Shown here in pieces: positions 20,101-28,059 of a stretch of 49,365 bases of DNA (positions within the stretch are counted from its first letter, which is position 1; the number at the start of each line of letters is the position of its first letter). A program made the translations under genes and the position numbers. This DNA is from Candidatus Hydrogenedentota bacterium (GTDB lineage Bacteria > Hydrogenedentota > Hydrogenedentia > Hydrogenedentales > SLHB01). Below the pieces are notes generated by a model. The model saw nothing but the letters and a program-made list of their open reading frames with translations. It searched no databases and was not told the DNA's origin. The stretch covers positions 1-49,365 of the forward strand of contig JARKSN010000019.1 of assembly GCA_029974275.1 (NCBI GenBank). Reading direction: 5' to 3'.

Positions 20101-20301
20101 CGCTGCATTGGGCGAATCCCCGTGCGACGTCGGCTGCGCAAACAGCGCATCCAGGTCCGCCTGGCTCAGCAAAGGACCCAAGTTGCTCGTCAACTCGTCC
20201 GACGAGTCGTCTGACGAACGAACGGTATCATCCGGCTTGTCCGGCGCCACGATCCCTCTTCCCCCATGCGCACCGCCCCGATTCCCTATGTGCGGGGCCA
20301 T
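17182..20301 (-). CDS. Membrane-anchored TPR protein with acidic disordered N-terminus
   Basis: One TM helix (~19300-19362) followed by many TPR repeats; true start may be GTG 20250. Confidence 0.85.
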   Translation of the reverse strand: MAPHIGNRGGAHGGRGIVAPDKPDDTVRSSDDSSDELTSNLGPLLSQADLDALFAQPTSHGDSPNAAAIPPSETGEESSAPPDDPADSMRDGTQGIVGSEIDALLNDEDADRPLVVSDLDEVIGTPPPDADALLETGQPHDVSEAPEAVDQSDIDALIAMLDEDDATSVVAAHSGEVVSVPTDITIALPDAVPPPLETEAVSTENLAASVAPADTEPELVSQDILDSILAANDAPSAEAESPAPPVADLAAPFASPPQKRNRAPEETRVTPNASTSAPTPPEDVLAAPAPERAIGTLRRPRLPRFRAPANLLKITTSLAAGIIVAAVVFAYLYLHPYRQPHLPSLKAEDLRSLGEVMAEAGKLMEAGNFDRAIGLLDPAIAKAPESPERMDARYQRIEAAYRMLRPGPVGEETVGLRSAMLDVTAMEPTHPRAPEVLCWLADLHERAGAPYEARRLYHQLLAAYKDARNMDQILLGAARNANELRRRDEAADFARRLIEAFPASPLIGEAKLTLADAYAGANQAQAAQQMLEEEAQRNANSRLGAQAYWQLGKMAFDKGDYEEAIRQLERRLQTATTIQGNDAVYLLLGRSYRAAGRLAEAERVLRELIGFFPESAVIPEAYVELSQVVDQLGRRADAAQLAAQAAERFPDHAQTLVNHARFLRLLDQFAGAGAMHAAAYLAGGQREPALLVEAAKDYKNALDYARARQVLETLTSKFPETREAGQARIELAGLEYQEGREVQAIRRLENLLAEAEDSALRLAAMLAVAEMYQGIGLNAKAAEHYKKAAAITAEPETAARAAIAAFASGRVDEALVAARQIDPGALTPQTAYAFNTAYAKILLRADPARAIPLMEQARQDHPGFVAPEDDAAYLDALLVTDQTGKARVAVSELEQRAKQDPVDAARFQRAALRLADHYFNKGDFRAAADLYGQADFPRGATLENREWAQFQRANALLRTGNVDAGFAAYQRVAQSDSPWAPDAKIRMAHIDLQRRLGRHAEIALEPEPAALDDAPGANAFPPPASSAGPEETRSPEGTG

Positions 20302-20377
20302 GTCCGCTTGCGCGCGTCAAGCGAATGGTAGCATTTCGGCGAATGGGCGACAACCGAAAACGAGCGCCAACCCTTCT

Positions 20378-21349
20378 TCAGGTCGCCAGAATGTGCGCGA
20401 CGCGGAGGAGTTGGGGGTCGAAACGCGTGCGGCATTCCCATGCTTCCGCGAGCGGGCGCAAGACCACCGCGTTGCCGCTCAGGCCGGCCATTTTGCCGCT
20501 CTCGCCTTCCAGCAGGGCCTCGACGGCGCGCACGCCCAGACGGCTGGCGAGGTTGCGGTCAAAAGCGGTGGGGCTGCCGCCGCGTTGCAAGTGTCCGATC
20601 ACGACGACGCGCGGGTCTTTGAATTCGGAACGCTCGGCGACTTGCTTGGCGATGTCGATGGCGCGTCCGGCATCGTCGCCCTCGGCGACGACGACAATCC
20701 CCGATGTCTTGCCGACGGCATGTCCGCGGCGAAGTCGGCTGACGAGATCGTCGATGGCGGTGGGTTCCTCGGGGACGAGAATGGATTCGGCCCCTCCGGC
20801 GATGCCGCTCATGACGGCGAGGTACCCGCTGTGCCGCCCCATCACTTCGACGAAAAACAGCCGATCGTGCGAATCGGCGGTGTCGCGAATGCGATCAATG
20901 GCGTCGAGCGCAGTGTTGAGCGCGGTGTCATAGCCGATGGTGAAATCGGTGCCGCCAATATCGTTGTCGATGGTGCCGGGCAGGCCGATGCAGCGGATGC
21001 CATGTTCTTCGTGCAAGGCTTCCGCGCCGCGGTAGGACCCGTCGCCGCCGATGACGACAAGACCCTCGATGCCATGGCGCTCAAGAGTTTGGGCGGCCGT
21101 GGCGCGGCCTTCTTTCTCCAAAAACGCCTTGCACCGGGCCGTGTGCAGCATCGTGCCGCCGCGGCAAATGATGCCGCTGACCGATCGCGGCCCCATGGCG
21201 TGGAGCGTGCTGTCGAGGAGTCCCTGGTAGCCATGCTCGATGCCGAAAATCTCCAGGCCGTGGTAGCATGCGGTCCGGACGACCGCCCGAATGGCGGCGT
21301 TCATGCCGGGCGAATCCCCGCCGCTGGTCAACACGCCGATTCGTTTCAT
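20378..21349 (-). CDS. pfkA: ATP-dependent 6-phosphofructokinase
   Basis: MKRIGVLTSGGDSPGMNAA, GGDGS, PGTIDND, EVMGR, GHLQRGG; RBS GGAGG. Confidence 0.96.
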   Translation of the reverse strand: MKRIGVLTSGGDSPGMNAAIRAVVRTACYHGLEIFGIEHGYQGLLDSTLHAMGPRSVSGIICRGGTMLHTARCKAFLEKEGRATAAQTLERHGIEGLVVIGGDGSYRGAEALHEEHGIRCIGLPGTIDNDIGGTDFTIGYDTALNTALDAIDRIRDTADSHDRLFFVEVMGRHSGYLAVMSGIAGGAESILVPEEPTAIDDLVSRLRRGHAVGKTSGIVVVAEGDDAGRAIDIAKQVAERSEFKDPRVVVIGHLQRGGSPTAFDRNLASRLGVRAVEALLEGESGKMAGLSGNAVVLRPLAEAWECRTRFDPQLLRVAHILAT

Positions 21350-21415
21350 GCTTCCCTCCATCTCCCCTCATCTACTTCATCGATGCAGTTTGCATACATG
21401 GCGCGCCACGGCCCA

Positions 21416-23404
21416 TCACCGCCGCGTTTTGCGCGCGGGACGCTTTTGCGGCACGGTTTTTTTGCTGGACGATTCCGTTTTTTTGACCGTCTTTTCCTGG
21501 GGTTGTCCGGTCGCGCTCTTGGGCTTGGCGCTTGCTTCGGGTTGCGGCGCGGCCAGCGCAACGGCCGGTTCCGGCTCGGTCAGGGGAATGGCCCTTGCCG
21601 CGACGTCGAGGGCGCGCGCCCGCCATTCGGCGACGGTCGCCAGGGCTTTGGCCTCGTTGGTTCGTCCTTCGTCGTTCAGCCGCTCGGCCTCGCCCACCAA
21701 GCCGCTTACGACCGCGAGCACCCAGTCGCCGCGTCGGCTCGAACTGGGTTTTCCGCCGCTGTTGGTGACGTAGAGCGATTGGGCCTCGCTGCTGTTGGCG
21801 ATGATGGCCTTGAGCGGGGCGATAAACGAGTCGCCGCCTTCTTCCTCAAGCACGCACAACGCACGCGCGAGGCGGGTGAGGCCGGCGAGGGCCGGGGCGG
21901 CCGTCGTGCGTGCAAGGCGGGACGCGTGCCACTGCTGCTCGACATACGGGAACAGGCCGAGCAGGGCGAAAAACTCGGCGTGCTCGATCCGGCCTGAGTT
22001 GGATTTCGAGAGGTTTTGCAACAGGGACACCATTTCCGGCGGCAACGCGGCGGTAAAGGACGGGATGGCGAGGAGCGTTTGGGCTTCGGCGCGCACGCAC
22101 TCCGCAGCCGCTTGCCGAAGCACGGAGCCGCCGCGGCCGCTCAGGTACGTGGGCACGGGGCCTGCGGCGACGGCGACGCCCGCGTCGGCTACGGCGGGAA
22201 GAGGAAGGGGGTTGTTGAGGGCGTCGGTCAGCCGCAATTCCGCTGCATTGCCGACGGGCACAACGACATCCCGGGCATCCGCGCTGTTCCACAACGCCAA
22301 AATCCAGGTGTCGCCGAGGCGAAATACAGGCGCGCGCACACCCGCAGACAGGGCCAGTTCGCCAATCGGCGCGGCGTTGCGGAACCGGTGCATCATCGCG
22401 CTGAGATAGGGGTAGGCGTCGGAAAAGCCGGTTTCCTCGTCGTACAACGGGGTGTCTTCCAGTTCCGTGCGCACGATGCCCGCCGCCCGATACGCAAGCA
22501 GTTGGCGCACGAGGGCCGGCCCTTGGACGGGGTCGCCATCCGCGCGGCCCTTCGTGAGCAGCGAGACGGGCATGCCCTCGTATCCCGCCTGTTCCACGGC
22601 ACTGCGGAAGGCGATGAGGTCGGATGCCGTGGGCGCGGGATGCCGGTACATGACGCCGCTGACGTCATATTGGGCCGCGGCATGGAGCAATGCGGAAAGA
22701 TCGCCCGTGCTATAGGCGGTCAGGACAATCGGCGCGCGGGAATTTCCCTGTCGCAACCCGGCGGCAAGACTGGCGAGTTGCTCGACGGCTCCGGTAGGGT
22801 CGATTTCCCAGCGGGTCACGCCGGGACCCATGCGGGCCGCCAAGTCCTGCGCCTGGGCGGCCGGGTTGGAAAGCGTTTGCGCATCCACGCCGACGGCCAC
22901 TTGAAGACCGGCCGCTACGGCGAGCCGGGTCTGTTCCTCGAGTTCGGACGAGGCGGCGTCCAACCGGATATGGCGCAACGGCACGCCCTGGATCGCCAGC
23001 AAATTCCGGCGGGAGAGATCGGCCACGCGCAACGTGAGCGGCAATTCCGGGGCGTTGAAGGGACGGTCGATGCGGCAAAAGGAGGTGAGGACATCGAAGG
23101 GTTGTCCGCCTGCGTCCAACGTGAACCGCGCGTGATACAGCCCCCGCTCGGACGAAACGCCATCAAGGGTGCGCCACCGCACGCCCTGCGCCCGGAGGCG
23201 GATGACGTCCAGGTCGATGGTCGCAGAAGGAGCGCCGGAACGCGATAACTCGGCCCGGACGGACGCCGAAACGGCTTCGCTCGCGCGGAATTCCACGATG
23301 ACCGGGTCGTCTACATACACATAGGGGATAGGCTGGTCCGGGGCGATCTGGACGTGGATGGCCGGCGCCGCCACGGCCATGGCTATGGCGATGAAAATAG
23401 TCAT
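21416..23404 (-). CDS. Secreted hypothetical protein, possibly a degenerate glycoside-hydrolase-like fold, with a Lys-rich tail
   Basis: 662-aa ORF coupled by ATGA to the MBL gene; hydrophobic N-terminus; Ig-like, barrel-like and beta-sandwich-like segments. Confidence 0.7.
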   Translation of the reverse strand: MTIFIAIAMAVAAPAIHVQIAPDQPIPYVYVDDPVIVEFRASEAVSASVRAELSRSGAPSATIDLDVIRLRAQGVRWRTLDGVSSERGLYHARFTLDAGGQPFDVLTSFCRIDRPFNAPELPLTLRVADLSRRNLLAIQGVPLRHIRLDAASSELEEQTRLAVAAGLQVAVGVDAQTLSNPAAQAQDLAARMGPGVTRWEIDPTGAVEQLASLAAGLRQGNSRAPIVLTAYSTGDLSALLHAAAQYDVSGVMYRHPAPTASDLIAFRSAVEQAGYEGMPVSLLTKGRADGDPVQGPALVRQLLAYRAAGIVRTELEDTPLYDEETGFSDAYPYLSAMMHRFRNAAPIGELALSAGVRAPVFRLGDTWILALWNSADARDVVVPVGNAAELRLTDALNNPLPLPAVADAGVAVAAGPVPTYLSGRGGSVLRQAAAECVRAEAQTLLAIPSFTAALPPEMVSLLQNLSKSNSGRIEHAEFFALLGLFPYVEQQWHASRLARTTAAPALAGLTRLARALCVLEEEGGDSFIAPLKAIIANSSEAQSLYVTNSGGKPSSSRRGDWVLAVVSGLVGEAERLNDEGRTNEAKALATVAEWRARALDVAARAIPLTEPEPAVALAAPQPEASAKPKSATGQPQEKTVKKTESSSKKTVPQKRPARKTRR

Positions 23405-24021
23405 CGTTCCTGCAAGAAGGGGTTGCCCCAGCGTTCCTCGCCAATCGTGGTGGCGGGGCCATGGCCGCTGTACACGACCGTCGCGTCCGGCAACGTCAGC
23501 AGCTTGTCGCGAATGGATTCGATGAGCTGTTTGTGGTTGCCGCCGGGCAAGTCGGTGCGCCCGATGGAACCCGCAAACAGAACATCGCCCGCAAACACGC
23601 AGGCGTCGCCCACCAGGACGATATGACCCGGCGAATGGCCTGGCGTCAACAGCACATACAACCGCGCGCCGCCCACGCTCACCACGCTGCCTTCCACGAT
23701 AAAATTCGTCGGATCGGGAGACGGATCAAACGTCACGCCAAACATGCGGCCCTGCTCCACGATGGTCCGAATCAGAAACAGATCGGCCTCATGGGCCAAA
23801 AGCTTCGCGCCGGTTTTTTCCAAGAGCTTCGCGTTGCCGCCGCAATGGTCGCAGTGCCCGTGGGTGTTGACGATCGCGCGGACGGTGCAGCCCTCGATCG
23901 CGGCAAGCAGCGGAGGAGAAACCTCGCCCGGATCGACGACAATCGCCTCGCTGCCGTCGCGCACAACATAACAGTTCGTTTCGAACGGCGTCATGGGGAT
24001 GGTAAGGATATCCATGGTCAT
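23401..24021 (-). CDS. MBL-fold metallo-hydrolase (glyoxalase II/YcbL-like)
   Basis: THGHCDH, TPGHSPG, GDVLFAGSIGRTD, GHGPATTIGEE; start at 24021 or 24015. Confidence 0.92.
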   Translation of the reverse strand: MTMDILTIPMTPFETNCYVVRDGSEAIVVDPGEVSPPLLAAIEGCTVRAIVNTHGHCDHCGGNAKLLEKTGAKLLAHEADLFLIRTIVEQGRMFGVTFDPSPDPTNFIVEGSVVSVGGARLYVLLTPGHSPGHIVLVGDACVFAGDVLFAGSIGRTDLPGGNHKQLIESIRDKLLTLPDATVVYSGHGPATTIGEERWGNPFLQER

Positions 24022-24246
24022 GCTCCCGCGCGGACGCGCCGATGCGTCAACGCCGCATCTCGGTTCCGCCGCCAATGGTTCACGAAACGCATTCCCTCTT
24101 TCGTTCAACACCCATGCGCCGCGCCCGTTCAAAATTCATCCGGCCCTGCCTTCCCTGACATTACCACCGCAAATGGGGCGATTTCCAAGAAGCAAACGGG
24201 CCAACGGACGCGGGCCCCGCCGCGCATCGTTGCCGAGGAAAATCGC

Positions 24247-24909
24247 CTACCTCTCGGGGGCTTCGTCGAGGATCGCGACGCCGGCGCTGGAGCCGATGCG
24301 CGTGGCCCCGGCTTGAAGGAAGTGAAGCGCCTCCGCGTAGCTCCGGATGCCGCCGGCGGCTTTCACGCCGATTCGGTTGCCGACGACGCGACGCATGATC
24401 CGCACGTCGTCGACGGTCGCGCCGGACCGTCCGTATCCGGTGGCGGTGCTTACGAAGGCCGCGCCGGCCTTTACGGCAATCCGGCAGGCCTGGTCCTTCT
24501 CGGCATCCGTCAGGAAACCTGTCTCCAGGATGGCCTTCACCGGCACGCCGGGGACGCCCTTGACGACCATCGCGATCTCTTTCTCGACGAAATCGGGAAA
24601 ACCCGACCGGAGCGCGCCGATGCTGATGACCATCTCGATTTCGGCGGCCCCGTAGCGGACGGCCTCGCGGGCCTCTTCGGTCTTGACGCGGGCCGTGGCG
24701 GCGCCCAGCGGAAATCCGACGCACGCGCAGACGGTTACGCCCTTGCCCGAAAGGCTCCGGGCGCAATACGGCGCCCAGACGGAATTCACGGCGACGCATC
24801 CGATGCCGTGCGCCACGGCTTCGTCGCACAACGCGGTAATGTCCGCCTGCGTCGCATTCGCGGCGACCAACGTGTGGTCCAGCAGACGGGCCAGTTGCAT
24901 CCGGTTCAT
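24247..24909 (-). CDS. deoC: Deoxyribose-phosphate aldolase homologue with atypical active site
   Basis: LDHTL, VGFPLG, KAILETG, VKAAGGIR, RIGSS; but EIEMV and FVSTATG replace EIDMV and FVKTSTG. Confidence 0.85.
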   Translation of the reverse strand: MNRMQLARLLDHTLVAANATQADITALCDEAVAHGIGCVAVNSVWAPYCARSLSGKGVTVCACVGFPLGAATARVKTEEAREAVRYGAAEIEMVISIGALRSGFPDFVEKEIAMVVKGVPGVPVKAILETGFLTDAEKDQACRIAVKAGAAFVSTATGYGRSGATVDDVRIMRRVVGNRIGVKAAGGIRSYAEALHFLQAGATRIGSSAGVAILDEAPER

Positions 24910-24931
24910 GGGCGCAGCGTCTCCATGGCGA

Positions 24932-26200
24932 TCACCCGCAAATCCTCAGCAGCCGCGCCTCGGACTGAATCATCGAACGCACGGTGTGGTAATTGATCTT
25001 CCACGCATGCGCCATGTAGTCCCAGAGCAGCGTGTTCTTTTCGTCGAACAACGGAAACCATTCCCCCACTTCGTGATGGATCATGCGGTCCATCACGAAA
25101 CGGTGGACGTTTTCATAGGCGTCCAGGTATGTTTCGTCGCCGAACAGCAGGTAGGCGTCGAGCAAGCCGACGAGCGTTTCCGCCTGCTGCCAGAATTCCT
25201 TGTTGCGTTCGCGCGCGGGCCCGTGGTGCGGCCCCTCGCAGAACACGCCGCCGTGTTCCCAGTCAATGCCGTAGGTCACGCAGTGATCGAAGATTTTTTT
25301 CAGGCCCGGCTTATAGGTCTCGACGTCGAGATCGAGCATGTTGACGGCATGCAACAACAGCCAGGCGAATTCGACGTTGTGGCCGAAACTCGTGTTGTCC
25401 AGCGGACGCCCCTCGTCGTCGTTCACGTCGCGATCCGCGCCCCACACGTCCGCGAACAGAATCTGCCGCAGCGGCGTCCAGTCGTACGCGAACTGCGCCT
25501 GTCCCAGCCCCGACTCCGGATGCAGGATGCGATCGACGATCAACGTGATGAGTTCGACCGTTCGCTCGCGGTAGACGCGCAGGCCGGTCGCCTCGTACAG
25601 GTTCGTCATGCATTCCATCAAGTGCATGTGCACATCGAACGATTTCCGGTCGCCGCCGTATTTGCCCGGCTTCTTCTTCGACCAGTCGCGTTCGAGGAAC
25701 TCGTAGTAGCCGCCGCGGCAGTTATCGGCGGCGAGGGTTTGCAGCGTTTCGTACGTGCGGATGGCCCATTCGAGGCCGCGGTGATCGCCCGAAGCCATGC
25801 CGTACTCGCTGAGGGCGTAGATCATGAAGGCGTGGCCATACGTGAGTTTGCTCTCGTTCAACGGCGCGCCGTCCCGCTGACACGTCCAGAACCAGCCCCA
25901 ATGACGATCGTCCCAGAAATGTTTCAGCGCAAAATCCACGCCGCCACGCGCGATATCCAGGCACTGGCCATCGCCGAAACCGGCCCGGTGTGCGCTCGAA
26001 TACGTGTAGATCATCCGCGCTTGACACAACAACGTCTTGACCGTCTCGCCGGTCGGCTGGCCATTGCGATCGAGATAGGTCAAATACCCGCCATATTCCG
26101 TGTCGACGCCGTGCGTCAGCCAGAACGGCAGTAACTCGTCCCGCAAATGCCCCTGGACCTCTTGCAGCCATCTTTCGCACCGCGCTGTCGCATTCGCCAT
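24932..26200 (-). CDS. AGE-family epimerase/isomerase (cellobiose 2-epimerase-like)
   Basis: LLPFW, QARMIY, HMHLME, SFGHNVE, WQQAE, WKINYH. Confidence 0.9.
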   Translation of the reverse strand: MANATARCERWLQEVQGHLRDELLPFWLTHGVDTEYGGYLTYLDRNGQPTGETVKTLLCQARMIYTYSSAHRAGFGDGQCLDIARGGVDFALKHFWDDRHWGWFWTCQRDGAPLNESKLTYGHAFMIYALSEYGMASGDHRGLEWAIRTYETLQTLAADNCRGGYYEFLERDWSKKKPGKYGGDRKSFDVHMHLMECMTNLYEATGLRVYRERTVELITLIVDRILHPESGLGQAQFAYDWTPLRQILFADVWGADRDVNDDEGRPLDNTSFGHNVEFAWLLLHAVNMLDLDVETYKPGLKKIFDHCVTYGIDWEHGGVFCEGPHHGPARERNKEFWQQAETLVGLLDAYLLFGDETYLDAYENVHRFVMDRMIHHEVGEWFPLFDEKNTLLWDYMAHAWKINYHTVRSMIQSEARLLRICG

Positions 26201-26511
26201 AGGATGATTCCTTGCAAAAACCAATCAAGACCACAAAACTCTCCCTACTCTATCCTCTCGACCGGCGCAACACAACCTGCACATGCAAGCCGCGTGAAGA
26301 AGCCAGGCCAATCAATGCATGGATCCCCCCTCGCCGGCGAACGCGTTGTCGCGTCCGGACGCTGTGCGGGCGTCTCGGCAAGGCATCCAACCCCGCAGCA
26401 CGCTCGCCCACCGCTTGTGCACAGGGTCCTTCCCTTGGTAGTATCACGCTCTTCCCTGCGGAACGCGACGGACGCGCCACGAAACGGACACGGCGCGCGG
26501 AAAGGAACACG

Positions 26512-27570
26512 GTGAAAGTTGGGATTGTCGGATATGCCCGATCCGGAAAAACCACTATCTTCAACGCGCTGACGGGCGCCCACGCCGCCGTGGGCGCGTT
26601 CGGCAGTCGCGATGCGAACGTGGCGGTCATCAAAGTGCCCGACGCGCGCGTGGACACGCTGGCCGACATGCATCGCCCCAGAAAAATCACCTACGCCGAG
26701 TTTCAATTCGTCGACATCGCGCCCAACGAAACGGCGGGCGAAGACAAAGCCCTCGACAGCGCCGCGTTGACGGTTCTCAAGAGCGCCGACGCGCTGGTGC
26801 ACGTCGTCCGCGCGTTTGAAGCGGAAGAGGTCGTGCATCCGTCCGGAGGCGTCGATTCCGCGCGCGACGCCGTTGCGCTTGAAGAGGAGTTGCAACTTCT
26901 GGACCTCATCGTGATCGAGAAACGTCTCGAACGCCTCGTCAAGGAAAACAAGAAAGACCAGGAGCACGACGCGCTGGTTCGCTGCAAAGAGCACATTGAA
27001 TCCGGCAAGTCGCTGCGTTCGTTGCCGCTGGAACCGCGCGATCTTCGCCTGTTGACGGGATTCTGTTTCCTGTCGCAAAAGCCGCTGATGCTGCTGGGCA
27101 ATTACGGCGAGGACGCCATCGGCAAGGACGATCCCGCGGGATTGCGCGCGACGGCCCAGCGTTTGGGGTTGACCTTGATAGAACTCTGCGGGTCGATGGA
27201 AATGGAAGTGACGCAACTGCCGCCGGAAGAGCGCGCGGCGTTCCGTCAGGAATTGGGGCTTGGCGAGGAATCGCGCACGCTGTTCCTGCAAACCGCCTAC
27301 GACATGCTCGGCCTGATGAGCTTCTTGACCGCGGGCGAGCCCGAGGTGCGGGCATGGACCATCCGCAAAGGCACGAAGGCGGTCGACGCGGCCGGCGTTA
27401 TCCACAGCGACATCCAGCGCGGGTTTATCCGGGCCGAGGTCGTTTCCTATGACGATTTCGTCCGCGCGGGCTCAATGGCCAAAGTCAAAGAACAAGGCCA
27501 CATGCGTCTCGAAGGCAAAGAGTACATCGTCCAGGACGGCGACATCCTGCTTTTCCGTTTCAACGTGTAG
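26512..27570 (+). CDS. ychF: YchF/Obg-family ATPase, divergent
   Basis: GYARSGKT P-loop, HVVRAF, FLTAGEPEVRAWT, IHSDIQRGFIRAEV, EGKEYIVQDGD, FRFNV; GTG start after AAGGA. Confidence 0.88.
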   Translation: MKVGIVGYARSGKTTIFNALTGAHAAVGAFGSRDANVAVIKVPDARVDTLADMHRPRKITYAEFQFVDIAPNETAGEDKALDSAALTVLKSADALVHVVRAFEAEEVVHPSGGVDSARDAVALEEELQLLDLIVIEKRLERLVKENKKDQEHDALVRCKEHIESGKSLRSLPLEPRDLRLLTGFCFLSQKPLMLLGNYGEDAIGKDDPAGLRATAQRLGLTLIELCGSMEMEVTQLPPEERAAFRQELGLGEESRTLFLQTAYDMLGLMSFLTAGEPEVRAWTIRKGTKAVDAAGVIHSDIQRGFIRAEVVSYDDFVRAGSMAKVKEQGHMRLEGKEYIVQDGDILLFRFNV

Positions 27571-27584
27571 AGCCGTTAAACTTT

Positions 27585-27674
27585 TTATGCCTATGGTCGA
27601 TCTTGTGAGAGCATTTTCGTCAGGGTTTCCTGATCGTAACAGGGCGTAGGCATAATTAGCGAAAATGCTCTTGC
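27585..27674 (+). ncRNA. Candidate structured RNA (pseudoknot or two-state switch)
   Basis: Interleaved complementary pairs 27585-27595/27645-27655 and 27605-27619/27660-27674. Confidence 0.4.
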
Positions 27675-28059
27675 CCGCCTTTTTCACGCCACGAGAAGGC
27701 GCTGCGCGGCGCAATCTCCGCATGACGGCCCATCAGGACGGTGTAATGCGGATGAATTCGGTCAGGATAGGCGGTTTTGGCCTGCGCCCCGTGCGAAAAC
27801 GCGCGGGAATCGGGAACGGTTGACCGTTGGGGTTTCCGGTGGTACCATGAGGGTGGCTCGCATTTCGTGCCGCGTGCGACGGACGCAGCGGGAATGCGTG
27901 CGCTCGCGGGCGTATGTACGCGAGGCGAAGAGGTTTAGCGCGGCGCGGGCGGCAACGGCGTCTTGCCCACAGCCAACCGGCGGGGCGAGGGCGCGGAATG
28001 CCGGAGGACGGCGCGAGAAAACCGGGGTGAATAGGGGATTATGCCAGGGAGGAGGTTCT

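Noticed and set aside
20302..20377. Sigma54 promoter for the TPR/FleSR-like operon (TTGGCGCTCGTTTTCGG on minus strand)
   Set aside because: Lacks the conserved GC at -12 with correct spacing
27585..27674. Hammerhead (minus strand CTG..GA-stem-CGAAA) or HDV-like ribozyme
   Set aside because: The core is CUGUUACGA rather than CUGANGA, with no stem I; HDV P3/L3/P1.1 elements are absent
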